Counted from the stretch's first letter, positions 1-13,287 are shown. The stretch: DNA of 64,000 nucleotides from Dimorphilus gyrociliatus (GCA_904063045.1 CAJFCJ010000002.1:1168185-1232184), one strand, 5' to 3'. Translations and numbers: made by a program. The notes: a model not told the origin generated them from the letters alone.

Positions 1-1530
1 AAATGGAAGAGCTGCAGTTCGAAATTCAATAGTTCTCGGTTCATTGACTATTGGAGATATAAAATCAATTTTTACAGAAGCTGAATATCTACATGCGGGA
101 AACAGCTTGATAAATGTTGTATTGAGTTTAGATGTTTTTTCACTTCTATCCAAATCAGATATATCATATTTTTTTATTAAACATTCAATTAATAGAACAG
201 AGACTTCATAAATCATTTTTTCTGAAGTAGGTAAATAAGGTAATTTCCAAGAAATTGAAGCAGAATTATAAGATACGTTAATAATATTTATTTGATGTAT
301 TTTAGGAGATTTAATAAATATATCTAAAAGTTTTGTCCATGAAGAATCAAATTGACTCATTTCCAATATAATCTAATATATTTTCAAAAGGAAAAGAGAA
401 ATAATTGTAAATTATGTAATCTAATTGAACTATGCTTTATTTCATTTTTATTCCATACTCTTTGATCAAATAACATCTTATGAACAATAAAGCTCTTGGA
501 TTTTATTGCAACGTCCGAAAATGTCTGCGATACGCATGGTCTGTTGCAGTTTATCCTTAAGTTAATTAATGGACTTGTACAATTCTTTATCTAATTAATA
601 AATATATGAAAATTACGAAAATACACAATTACTTTTAGCTTCATTAATTATATACATACTATCCATCTAAACTGCAATGAAAAGAATCCAGATTTTTGTA
701 CTTGCTTCACATGATATGAAACATTTTTTGGAAGGTCATAATCTAATTAAAAGAAATATTACTTAGAAGAAATTCACTAATGGAATTGATTAACTTGCTA
801 CTGCAATCTTGTTTGTTTTCATTAAAGAAGTTTTTCCTTCTTTCTTGCAGTTGAGGTGTTATAGATCTTGATGGTTTACTTGCCATTGATACATACAATT
901 TGTTGGTTGTTTTGTCTAAATAGACAATTTTAACTCGAAATCTTTAAAGGGATATATTACTACCTTTGTTTTTAGGATATCGTTTCTACTACCTATATTG
1001 AACATCTGGCCTTGAAATATAAGATATTCTATAAGGAGCATTTGGATAATGTCTCATTCGGGAATATTCTTGCCAGGATTTCCCATTAATTTCCTATTGT
1101 TATATTATGTAGTACATACAAATTTGTTTTTGTCTATAGTATATATGATTCATAAAGTTTTACCACTTCTAAGATATATTCTTCTATAGTAAAACCGTTC
1201 GCTACTTTTGATAATCCATCAAATGAGACATCTAACAGAGTTGACCTAATAGTTACCACTTTAGGGAAAATGTCTGATACCGGTTTATCTATACAAAATT
1301 AGTTTATTAATCGAAGGTTGTGACTACTGTATATGTCTTTCTTTACTTAAATAAGTCATTATCTTTGTGAAGTTATTTGGAGAACCATTAGCCAAGCCTA
1401 TAAATATAACAAGAATATTCTTTTATCTTTTCTACCTTAAGCTATACATTGTTTTTTCATAAAATATAAATGTATAGAACTTACTTAAAAATTCATTAAT
1501 CAATATGAATTTTAATATTAAATACATCAT
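1..1530 (-). CDS. Secreted/membrane protein with a fibronectin type III domain; multi-exon, runs off the left edge
   Basis: Hand-spliced exons start with a signal-like MMYLILKFILINEFLSLANG (ATG at 1530). The open exon at 1-372 reads VSYNSASISWKLP...YEV...LFPACRYSASV...EFRT, an FN3 pattern. Introns are GT-AG. Confidence 0.7.
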
Positions 1531-1979
1531 GCTATAAGCTTTTAAGAATTTAAATTGAATATCACGTCATCTAGTGTTCAACATAAATAAAAGAATATAA
1601 AATTAAGAAGAAATCTAGCTATCTAAATTATTCAAGTAGCAGATTATTTGTACGATTTTAAGAGTTCTCAAGAATAAAAAATCGATTACTTTAATTAAGT
1701 ATCAGAAAGTATTGGTATCATGATTTAAATATACAAAGAAAATTACCATTATGTATATTGATTAGATAAAAACATGAAGATATATTTAATATGGTGTATT
1801 AAATAACATTAGAATTTATTAATAAGGGAAATAAGTTATAGTGAATTTTGCTTTAGTTATGTGTTAAATATATATATAATTTATATTAATAGTTTAATCA
1901 AGATATACCCAGTTTCCAGTCATATTGGTACACATGTGATAAAATACAAACAGGACTTAGGAGGCGGAATTATAATTTA

Positions 1980-2901
1980 TTATGAGCGTACTATAGGTGC
2001 TATCAATGCCAATAACAAAGCCATTACAAATAAACCATAAAAGAATAAAATATAAGTGGCAGAACTTCCAATCTGATAAACAGTGGCAAAAAGAAACATT
2101 TTATATTCTTTTAGTTACTATAATAATCTTATAATATTCTATTTTAACTTTCCTATTTAAATAGTTTAATGTTCGTACCTTATAATTTCTTGATTTATTT
2201 ACTGTTTCTTCGTTTTCATTGTCAAATTGAACGTGAGGAATTGAAGCTAGTTTTTATTTTTTTTCAAGTGTTAATTCTTCTATTTAAAGTAATTTTATTT
2301 TAATTATAAAACTTACTCCTTTCGGCTCTTATTTTTATAAATAATAAGGTTATTTCTGTAAGAATGTGAAATATTGCATAAGTTACTATAATCCATCTAT
2401 TCCATTCCGGCATATATGATTTTGGTGAATAAGTCATGATAAATGCATTAGAGACTGTTTGAGAAAATAAACATTTATATTTACAACTGTTACTCTGCAT
2501 TATTTTTTATTCATGTAAGATAAAAGTTTACCTGCTCCTAAATGACATATAATACCAATCGGCCTATGTATATTGTTAAAAATTATCCTTCTCTTGTGCA
2601 TAGGAGGCGGTCGAAACACAGCTATTATAGGCTGAAAAATCTTAATAATAAGTAATCAGGTGATTTTCTGATATGTAACGATTACGTTTAAAATACTTAG
2701 GCATGTTACAATTATTCCAATTATAGGGTGAGCAACTGCAACCCCTGATAAATCTTTTGAATACCCCTTAACTTTAATGAATATTAGTATAAAAGCAATA
2801 CAGCCCAGTATCGTTGCTGTTATCATTAAAGCTCGATGGACCTAAAAGGTTAAAGTACTCAAAGTTAGTACATCGACAACCACTGACTAATATATATATA
2901 G

Positions 2902-2934
<33 letters not shown>

Positions 2935-3775
2935 CCAGAAACCAGGTATGCGTTGATCGGAATTGTCCAAAGAAAGATTTGCAATATCTTGCAACAAGCA
3001 TTCCCGAACTTCCGAGCAAGAGCCACGCAATTAGCATAAATGATCCATGTAAAAGTACAAGAGTATCTTTTTTTAGTCCAGTTATATCAACAAAAGTCAA
3101 TAGATTCATTTTTTCTGGTGACATAAAAGGAGATACTGTGTGCTTATGCTTTACTCCTTTTTTCGTTGTAGGACCTCTAGCCAGAAGCAAGTAATATTTA
3201 CTCTTAAAATTTGGAGTATATTTAGCTCCTGTCGTTGTTACGTGCATACTAAAAGTACATTGAATAAAACCATCACTATAATTTGCTTGAAACGGTTGCG
3301 ATAGATCCATTCCTGCATATTTATCTTTCAAAACTCTATTACCAGTTCTCCGTCCACCTGAATTTAAATAATTCCAGGATCTTTGAATTAAGGCGTTGCT
3401 TGATGATTGATTATAAAGACAATCTACTACGTAATTATCTCCCTGAAAATATTATTAAACACTCTTAAACATACTACTAAAGCTATTGGCTAAGGTGCAA
3501 ACCATTTGAGCTTCGTCAGAGAATCCAACAGATGTCCAATGAATACCTGACAAGGCTTGTGATTGCATTTCAAATAAAATAGTATCTGTAGCTTTATGCC
3601 ATCTAAAAGTAATTAGAGATAGGCAGTTCCTTCCATTGCAATTAGGTGGCATTCTGTAGCAACCTTTAATTGAGCCACATCCTTTTGTACTAATAGAAAC
3701 AAAACTACCACCTATAAATTCCAAATAAGGAAGAATTAGAACCAAAACAAAAAGAATTCTTCCCCTTTCTTTCAT
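1980..3775 (-). CDS. DOMON + cytochrome b561 protein (ferric-chelate reductase 1-like, no Reeler domain)
   Basis: Signal peptide, then DOMON (GCYRMPPNC...WTSVGFSDEAQM). The b561 helices carry four His (LHGSFM, VHRALM, AHPIIG, IHRPIG). The last exon ends APIVRS* at 1980. Confidence 0.85.
2890..2928. repeat. (TA)n microsatellite, intronic
   Basis: Direct reading of the sequence. Confidence 0.9.
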
Positions 3776-4440
3776 AATCCTTTATTAACTGTATAATTTC
3801 TGATTGCACTAATACTACTGTAATACGAACCGCCCATTAATTTCAGATAACTCAACTGCAGGCTGATTTTTTTGTCCTAATTGAGGAAAATTTCTCCGTT
3901 TACGTAATAAAGATAATACTAATAAAATGAATAAAAATCTATTGCATCAATTTAGCTAGAGACGTTCTCTTATCACTAGATGAGTAACATTCAACTGAGA
4001 ATTAGACCATCCCTCACGCCTAATAAATCATGAAGCCTCTTGTAGGCTGAAATAGTTTACTTAATAGCAAGATGCTTTGATAAGATTTTTTTATCTCTCG
4101 AGTTTAAAAATATAGTCGTTTAATAGTGACAATGGCGTTTGATATTTAATCTTTTGCCTAATTTGCATATAGCTACTCAGAAATACGCACTATTCGTTGA
4201 TAATTTAATTTCTACTTCTAAATTATGTCAAGTGATATCAATTCATCCGTAATCTTAATATGTACATTACAGGTTAAGTTGAACAAGTAGATCGTTAAGA
4301 TAGCGACCATTTATTTAGGACTAAGTGAAACTCTTATCGTCCACGAACCTCAGTCAGCATAGAGCAATCTTGCCGGGACTTCTACAAAAAAAAAAGAAAA
4401 AAAAGTCAAAGAAACCACTGTAGAAGGAAAAACAACTCTC

Positions 4441-7400
4441 ATGGATAAATTTCTCAAGCTGATCGCTCTCATCAGTTGCTTTTTGCATACAGATAGCACA
4501 AGCAGGGGAGGTATTTCTTTTAATTCCTTAAATAATTTACTTTTCAACTTTTTTGTCTACTTTGCATTTAGCTCCGGAAACAGCTTGTGACGATATGATT
4601 CCACAGCATGTCGTACCACCTCAGACAAGCCCGTTTCCAATGGAATTAACACTCTCTTCGTATATATACAATGAAGGAACAACTATAGACAGTGAGCTAT
4701 CTCCCCGCCAACTTCTGACAAAGAGTTATTAACAAAGAATTCTGTTTATTTCTATTACAGTTACCTTAAAACACAAGAATAATACACCAATTGCTGGAGT
4801 TTTTGCACAAATGAGAAGAGCCAATAGCCCAAATACAACACTTTATGGATCATTTGAAGGAGACAATGACAATTTCAGGACAGCTTGCAATGAAAGTCGG
4901 GCGATTACTCATAGCAAGAGGCTAATCAGTTTAAACGAAATTAAATTTACATGGAAACCCCCTCAAGATAATGCTGATTCTGGTCCTTTGCAACTTTGGA
5001 TTTCAATTGTTCAAGACTTTACAACATTCTGGGTTCAACAGAAATCAAACGTGATAAACTATGTAAGCTTGTCTTTTCGAAACAAAACTATCTTTTATTA
5101 TAATCAATGAAAATTTTATTAGAGTAATGCTTTACCACCAACGCAAGAGATAAGTCTAGCTGACTGTAGCACGACAAAAGACTGTTTTAAAGTACCCGAA
5201 AATTGTGGTAAAGAAGCAGATTGTGATTACTTGTTAACTTGGAGACCTGACAATCAGAGAGGACTTATTAATTTTGAGATAAGTGCAAAAATACCTACAG
5301 ATCAGTTTTGGACAGCAGTAGGATTTTCCAAAGATCTCGATATGGTAATTTTAATTTAAAGATAATAAAAAAAGTATTCAAACTCTTTAATTATTATTAA
5401 ATCACTTAAAAAGGGAGAAGATTCCGTTATTGATTGTTTGGTTAATGCCTCTACAAGTCTAGTTGAAGTTCAGGCGTCCTGGAACGAAGGGAGAACTAAT
5501 GAAGTCCTTAATAATAAGGTGCTTTCGTACATTCAAACTCTAGAAAGATAATATTTTTTGACTGATAATAAACAACAGCTTTTAGGATTAATCCCAGATT
5601 CGATATCAGGGGCTAGGGTCAACGATCGACTTCGATGCCGTTTTCAGAGACAAATCACGATTGCCAGATCAGACACCAATAAGATATACGATTTGAATAC
5701 TGAATATTACGTCTTCCTTGGAAAAGGCATAGTTTTGCAAGATAGTACTAAAATGCAACATTCACAAATTCCTGAAAAGTCAGCTTCAAAGCTATTAATG
5801 ACAACTATAAGAAATGGAACAACAAGACCAGTAATTATTACTTTTTAACTAATGAAGTATATCGGGCTACAAGACTTTAAATTAACTAAAAAACATAATT
5901 TGTAAAAAAGACTTGGCATATCTTCATAAAGAGTGCAACCAAATTTTATAATAGTGTTGATATTGTATTGTTTTATTTACAAATGTATAACAAGTTACTA
6001 TAGATATTATCTTATTTTTTACTCACTAGACCTCTGACCCAAGCCAAGGAATCGATACTCGTCGCTGTGGGTCAGAAAAAGGTTGCTACCGTTATCCCGA
6101 AGGGTGTGAGGAGAGTGTTTGTCACTATTTGCTAACATGGAAACCTAGTGATAACAAGGAAAAGATCGAATTTGAGATAAGCGCTGACGATAGCGATTCT
6201 AAAACAGATTGGACAAGTGTTGCCTTTTCAGAAGATACTATTATGGTTTATACGCAAATAATTATATACTTAACGAATTTATAGAATTCGTTTTCTTCAT
6301 AGGGAGATGACAGTGTCATTGATTGCCTCTATAATTCGGATGATGTTTCTATAAACATTCAAGCATCGTGGAATCGTAGAGTTAAAGATAATGAAGTTTT
6401 AAATAACAAGGTCTTTTTAAAATATATTACAAAGTTTTTATTAATACATTATAACAAATATCTCTATTCGTTAATAGCTTCTAGGATTGGACCAAGATAC
6501 TTTTTTTGGATCAAGAGTTAATGGTCGCTTAAGGTGTAGATTCACAAGATCTGTTAAAGTAGCTAATGATGATCCTGAAGCAAGCAGGGTTTTCGACCTT
6601 TCAGAGCAGTATTACGTATTTATAGGAAAGGGTTCCGCCGTTCGAGGCATAAAGATGAAACACACTTCAATTCCAGTAATATCTCCAAGGAAAGTTCCTC
6701 TAACTGAAATTGGCGATGTCTCTGGATTAGCTAAATTTCCTTTGGTCAAAGCCCATGGCATTTTGATGATTGTTGCTTGGTCATTTTTCGCTAATATAGG
6801 ATTGCTCTTGCCAAGATATTTTAAATTATGCTGGAATAAATATCAATTGTTCAACGAAAAGATCTGGTTTCAAATTCATAGAATGTGTATGATAACTGTA
6901 GTTTTGTGCACTATAACTGCATTTATTGTTATTTTCGTAGAAGTTAAAGGTTTTAGTCAAGGTTCTAAACCTATTATTCATGCCATAATAGGAATCATTG
7001 TAACAGTTCTATGTGTTTTAAATCCTATAATGGCCGTATTTCGTCCACCTCCTAAACATCCAAAACGGCCAATATTTAATTGGCTACACTTTTTAGCCGG
7101 ACAAATTGCTCATATTCTTACAGTACCAATGATATACTTAGCATTCCCATTCGGAAAAGTCTATGCTCCTTCATGGCTAAAATGGGTCTATACAGCAATA
7201 ATAATTCAACACATTTTCGTTGAAGTTCTTTTATTTCTATACAAATACGTGAAAATTTCCCCAAATTCAGGTAAGATAATCATACATATTACATATAAAT
7301 GTACTTATTAAGCTGTAATTTTCTTCCTGAATAGTAAATCCATTGAATGGTAAAGATTCTGACAATCAAGTAGTTGCCGAAGAGGAAACTAAAGTATTTA

Positions 7401-7552
7401 CTCTTTTTCTATTCAATTTATAACCTACTTAATAATCATTTTTTTCTCAACAATTACAGCCTGACAACGTTCCCACTGCAATCATCATGACCTATTTTTT
7501 TATTTTACTTGCCCTAGTAACAACGATTGTTATCACCTTAGGAAGAGCATAG
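4441..7552 (+). CDS. FRRS1: Ferric-chelate reductase 1-like: Reeler + two DOMON + cytochrome b561
   Basis: MDKFLKLIAL signal, Reeler (ACDDMIPQH...ITHS), DOMON1 (WTAVGFSKDLDM), DOMON2 (WTSVAFSEDTIM), b561 (AHGILM, IHRMCM, IHAIIG, LHFLAG). Stop TAG at 7550-7552. Confidence 0.9.
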
Positions 7553-7604
7553 AAAATCTTTAATTATATGCATATGGACGTATATATTAGTATATACAGT
7601 ATAA

Positions 7605-7606
<2 letters not shown>

Positions 7607-7648
<42 letters not shown>
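7607..7648. repeat. (TA)n microsatellite
   Basis: Direct reading of the sequence. Confidence 0.9.
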
Positions 7649-7652
<4 letters not shown>

Positions 7653-8898
7653 TTATATAAATATACGTTCGTTGCTAGATGATTATACAGTTTATTGATT
7701 AGGTTACTTGTGTATTTTATACAAATTTATGTACTTTATTGTATTTTTTACAGAACAATATAAAAAATTTATTCTACGTTGAAGATAACCACTTGAACAA
7801 TTATTAAATCCATTTCTTTGCTTTCCTCCTTGTTTATTAAGATAATAAGAGGTAATGCAAGACAGTATATATATATATATATATAGATATATACAGTATA
7901 TACTGTTATACGTATATATAATACATATATAATTATTAAGGTAACGATATTTATAAAGTAAAAAGATAATGCTAAATTGGCACATCGCCATCTGGTGTTC
8001 TCGACTTGTAAAATAATACAAATACATCCATCAATTCCATTGTAGAATGTCTATTGAAGAACACCTGTAAGTACATCAACTTTTTTACTCAATCTACTAA
8101 AATAAATATATAAATTTAAGGTAATGAGGTCTTTTATGTATAATACATCACGAAGAATTTATAGAAATTGAGATGTTCAATCGAGACTCTCACCTTGAAA
8201 TAACATATTCGATTATTATTTATATAAGTATATTATAATGTTTAATTGATAAAACTAACTAAAGAAAATGAAATTTGAATAATAACAACCATTACGCTTT
8301 TATTAGATTATATAACTACACAGTTCCGTAAGTCGGAGAGCTTATTCAATGAAATATTTAAGCGTAATTCCGTTTGTTATAAATGCTGCATGAATTATTA
8401 ATTATCGAGTTAAAAATTGATTTGCAAAAGTACCCTCCCACCTTTAAAATAATATAGTGAAATTATGCAAGTTGTGGTTATTTATAATACATAAAAATTC
8501 GTAAGAAAATAAAAGGTTATTTTATACTAGCCAAGATTACTAATAATTTTTCATTAATATTTAAAAGAAAGCATAATTAGTCGTTAGAAAAATTTAATTA
8601 TGTTTTTGCCGTGAACTCTACCTTTGTGTTATTAGTTTTACAATGTTTAATACATTTGAAAGGTAAGTCTAGGATAACATTGATGCGTTGTTGCTATGGA
8701 TGCAGAGCAAACGAGACAAAGTAGAAAACCAGAGTTTGCCTAAGATATTGAACGTTTTATATGCAGCGCCACGTTCACTTTTCTATTCATACATCATTAT
8801 TACAAATATTGTACATTTAAATGTGTTAAAAGTCTCATATGGCAATTAAAGGGGTCAAATGACGTTTTGAAAGAATATGAAAAGCGACTGCGTTTCAT

Positions 8899-9390
8899 AT
8901 GGAAGACGAAATCGATCGTGAGCCAGTGAAACTAACCGATAAGGCGTCGTTTCGCGACGAATCGGAATCAATCAGAAGGGCTTTGGAAGAGACTAGGAGA
9001 CGACACACAAAATCTTTACCGTCCGCTAGCGGAAAATCAAAACCAGGACAACTGCAGCAACTACCTGTAACTCCCCATTTACAACCAGAAATGCACAGCA
9101 GACAGCTAAACAGGGCTCAAGTAGGCGATGTGGAGAAGAAGAAATTAGAACCACTTAACAAAGAAATGAAAGTTATGCTCCCTACTATCAATACGTTCGA
9201 TGGACCTCAGTCTGCAAGAACTACTCTACCACCGGTAAGTCCTTCTGATAAAAGAAAATTGGAAGAATTGTCTTACAAAGACAAAGTCAAGTTGCATAAT
9301 AGTGCTCCCAACAGTCCACTTGTAGGAAGATCTCCTTTGAAAACGAAAATTACTTTGGACAGTTCTTCTTTACTGTCACCGAGAAAATAA
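8899..9390 (+). CDS. Uncharacterised 163-aa, probably disordered S/P/K-rich protein (single coding exon)
   Basis: ATG-initiated 163-codon ORF, GC-richer than its flanks, followed by an AT-rich 3' region. No recognisable domain. Confidence 0.65.
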   Translation: MEDEIDREPVKLTDKASFRDESESIRRALEETRRRHTKSLPSASGKSKPGQLQQLPVTPHLQPEMHSRQLNRAQVGDVEKKKLEPLNKEMKVMLPTINTFDGPQSARTTLPPVSPSDKRKLEELSYKDKVKLHNSAPNSPLVGRSPLKTKITLDSSSLLSPRK

Positions 9391-9495
9391 TGCGTTTCAC
9401 TTTGCATTTATTTAACAAAACACGCTTTTTGAGTATAAAAACTATAGCTAAAAACATCAAGTTTACAAGTGGGTAAGAGAAATGAACGGCAAATG

Positions 9496-11881
9496 CTAAG
9501 ATTGATTCTGTATAGCTTCCTCTGTCTTTTCTTCCATGTTGACGTCGCCGTTTCCATTCACAGCTTCTCCATTTTCCTTTCCAGTATCCGTTCGAATCTT
9601 TTTCACAGGAGATTTATCGGTTACGGAATTATCCTCCTCGTCCGGTTTGCGCTAAAAATCGATTTTTATTATTATTATTATTGTTTTTAAATGAAGTCTT
9701 AAATTACCTTTTTAACGAGGTGAGAAACGTCATTAGCTCTCTTTGGTTGAAGAGTTTTCACGGGTGGGTCAGAAGTAGTCATAGGAGTACCAAAACCAGT
9801 ACTTGTTGCTCCGAGCTGTACAAATGAAATTATTTACTAAATATATAAATATATATATAAGTGACTAATGTGTTGCTTACATCAGGGGTAACAGCATCTT
9901 TTACAATTTCCTTAACTCTATCTTTTTCTTTTTGCTCAATGAGAGTTTCATCGATCTAATGAGTTAGTCAATCAATTAGTATTAAATATTCGATAAATTT
10001 AGAGAGGAATACCTTTCGTTGCAGATCTGGAATTAGATCTTCCAATTCCTTAATTTCATCTGAGACACTTTTCCCATCCTTCTCTTCTTCCTTTTCAGCT
10101 ACTTCTTTTTTCAAAATATCTAATGGACATAACAAGTCAGAGGAGTATAATAAAATGCAAGTCTACACACCAATTTTGTTTTGCAGAACTTCAACAGATA
10201 GTTTCAAATACTTTATAGCAGAGTCGTAATCGTACGAGTTAATGTGGCAATTTCCCAACCACAAATATCTATTATAAACAAGATTATAATTTTATTAAAA
10301 ATTAATGCTAGGTATTAAAATCAAATGAACATACGTCTCGGAAATTAATCTGGCATCAGCCTTTTCACTTTCAAGTATTTCTAGACTTTTCTTAAAATCA
10401 TTACTGGCATTTTCATATGAATCTGGATAAGTTAGTAAAGAAAATAAATATCCTGGACGAAAGTTTTATTCAAGATGACATGCCTGACTCCATGCTGATT
10501 TCTCCAAGTTTCAAGTGACATTCGGCAATGTTTAGTTTAGCTTCTCGGTTATCTTTTCTGAAAAAAATTCGTATTAAGACTGAATAATTTATCATTGACT
10601 GTTCTTACTTCGCAAAAATTAGCTTGGCTAATTCTATCATTTCCCAGGCAAGCTGAATATTGCTGACTTCATTTTCATCTGGCTGTCAAATATTGAAAAA
10701 TCTAACCAAATTTTTACTTAAACATATTATCACTTACACAATCATCCTGCTCATCAGACTCTTTTCCATTTTCTTCTTGTTCTTCGTCCGCAATATCCTC
10801 GTCATCATTTTCCTCAACTTCGTTTGATTCTTCCATCGCTTCTTCATTGTTTTCAGTTGTCTCAGTCTCTCCCTCAGTTGTTGATGCTGATATCAAGATT
10901 TAAAGTATTGAGAAGTATAAAATATAAACATATACATACTGGGCTCTTTCTCAGACACGTCTTGTTTTTCTGATGTTTCAGGTTCCTTAGTTTTTTCCAC
11001 CTCTTTAGCCGCTTCAGCTTCTGCGTCTTTGTCAGTGTTATCTGTAGGCTTTTCTTCACATTTTTTCTCCTCTGTAGATTCTTTATCTTCAACCTTTTTC
11101 TCTTCTGTAGGTTTCTCGTCATCCTTTTTCTCCTCTGTAGGTTTCTCGTCGTCTTTTTTCTCATCAGTGGATTTCTCTTCATCCTTTTTCTCCGTTTCTG
11201 CATCCATACTTTCACTCTCCTTTCCATTTTCCTCTTTCTTTGTGACTGGTTCTTTCTCAATCATGGCATCTATGACGTCATCAGCAATCTTTTCTTTTTC
11301 TTCTTCCGTCACTGTATCAGGAGTTTCAACTTTGGAATCCGTATTTTCTTCCTCTTTAGCTTCCTTCAGTTCTTCTAACTTTTCCTCAACTAGCAAAAAG
11401 TGTTAAAATTACATAACATGAATAACAGAATTTATTCGATATTATTACCTCCTTCCAATGCCTTTCCTAATACAGAGCTCTCCATTCTCGATAGGTCCAA
11501 GAGGGCCTTGCCATAGCATAAGTAAGCATCAGCACACTCGTCCGCTAGGTCCCCACAATGTTTCGCTCTAAGAAAATAGCCGGCTTACAAAAAACATTCA
11601 ATTTTCATGAAAATAACTTACATAAGTCGGCAAGCTTCTTGCAGTTGTCCACAAGCTTCTTTAACTTCACCGCAAATAAGGTTTCTCTTACCCGTGTTCA
11701 GTAATTTAAATGCCTCGACCGTATTTTTCTTGCTGTAAAAACGTTACTTTTTGAAGCGCGCGAAAGCAAGCAGTTAAAAAATGAAAGTGTTCCTGTCTTT
11801 TAACTGTAGTTTTTAATTAAGAGTATTCTGGAAAACTTACTTATCTTCCATCGTACTCGTGCTTGGTTCTTCAGACGACAT
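9496..11881 (-). CDS. NASP: Nuclear autoantigenic sperm protein (H3/H4/H1 chaperone, SHNi-TPR)
   Basis: ADAYLCYGKALLDLSRMESSVLGKAL, a long acidic insert, IQLAWEMIELAK, LKLGEISMES, DVSHLVKK-RK tail. Confidence 0.95.
11044..11193 (-). repeat. 30-bp coding tandem repeat (about 5 units, EKKDDEKPTE) in the NASP acidic insert
   Basis: The units tctgtaggtttctcgtcatcctttttctc recur at 30-bp period. Confidence 0.85.
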
Positions 11882-12219
11882 TACGCTGGTGATTAACAGA
11901 AAGGTTAAAAAAATGAGTGAGGGTTTGGCGCCTTGAACCAAATAATTGAGAGTGACGTCATTTCCCTTTCTCCCAAGTATTCACTTTAAAATATTTTTTT
12001 CTGTCTAACAAAATCTTCCAAAAAATTTCTTTCTGAACAGCTTATTAAAATTAATATTTTAATATTAAGTAAAATGGAAAATTCAAGAACGGTATTTTAA
12101 ACACAAAAAATGAAATATGTGTGAACCGGAAATTTCAACCACGTGATTTTCTTTCGGCAACAGCCATTTTTGCTACGGCGTGCTCTCAGAGTTGAGAAGA
12201 CTGAACTCCATAAATACCG
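11882..12219. promoter_or_regulatory. Bidirectional promoter NASP/BTF3 including the non-coding first exon of BTF3
   Basis: TGACGTCA (11953), CCGGAAAT, CACGTG and GCCATTTT motifs; donor gtgagt near 12219. Confidence 0.55.
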
Positions 12220-12319
12220 TGAGTTTCGATTTATTTTGCATTAAAAGTAATTGTAAATAATTAGTATAGCATTACTGAATGTTATTAATATAATATTTTA
12301 TTCATTTATGTAGTTGAAC

Positions 12320-13158
12320 ATGAATACAAAAGAAAAAACACCTCAAGAACAGGCGCAGGAAATATTCCGCCAAGAAGCCCTTAAGAAACTTCAAGCACGT
12401 GGAGGAGCCGACAAAGTCCGAATTGGTGGCAAGGTACGCAATATTTTAAAAAAAATTTATAATGACATTCAAATGACCATGATGATACCAAAACCATGCC
12501 TGACTGCTACACCATATAATAATGGAGGCACAGCTCAACAGGACTGATATTAATTTATCTATTATAGGTTGACTACTAAGTAACGACATGATTTTAACGA
12601 ATTTCTTGTGTTTTTATAGGGTTCTGCCAGACGTAAGAAGAAGGTAGTGCACAAAACCGCCACCACCGACGATAAAAAACTTCAAGCATGCTTAAAAAAA
12701 CTTAGCGTAAATAGCATACCCGGCATTGAGGAAGTGAACATGATAAAAGACGATGGAAATGTAATACATTTTAATAACCCAAAAGTACAGGCATCTCTGG
12801 CAGCGAATACCTTCGCCATTACCGGCCATTCGGAAATAAAACGTGGGTCCGCCATTTTTTTTAGTAATTTTTTTTTTAATTTTTTTTAATTTTTCAGCCA
12901 TCACCGAAATGCTACCAAACATCTTACACCAATTAGGAGCTGACTCAATTACGAGCCTTAAGAATCTGGCAACCCGAGTAACTAGTTCTGCCAGTAAGTA
13001 AACTAATATTTATATTTAGGAAAGATTTTTAATTTATTTCTATTTTTGCAGACGCGAGTGGAGAAAATAAACCCACAGCAGAAAACGATGAAGATGATGA
13101 AGAAGTCCCCAACCTCGTCGGAAATTTCGACGAACCATCAAAAACTGAAACGTCTTGA
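12320..13158 (+). CDS. BTF3: Transcription factor BTF3 / NAC beta subunit
   Basis: [28 protein letters not shown]...IPGIEEVNM...[20 protein letters not shown]; [10 protein letters not shown] tail. Confidence 0.97.
12475..12551 (+). ncRNA. Intronic box C/D snoRNA candidate with a guide for LSU rRNA
   Basis: Box C ATGATGA at 12479-12485, D' CTGA at 12500-12503, box D CTGA at 12544-12547. The 11-nt guide AGCTCAACAGG is complementary to conserved 28S CCUGUUGAGCU. It lies in an oversized 186-nt intron. Confidence 0.8.
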
Positions 13159-13287
13159 ACATAACTAAAATATGTCATTTTTTCTTTATACATTTAGTTT
13201 TGATCAAGTTTGTTGGAATTTGAGTATGGTTTTTAAAGTTTGCAGTCATCAAATCATCAAACTATTAATAAATAATAAACGCTTTGA

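Noticed and set aside
7704-8070. Minus-strand 107-aa ORF and a possible exon after an acceptor near 8066
   Set aside because: It runs through TA microsatellites with Y/I-biased composition, and I could not build a coherent gene.
10874-11406. Track ORFs 11029-11406 (+) and 10874-11260 (-)
   Set aside because: Antisense and alternative-frame shadows of the low-complexity E/K-rich NASP exon.
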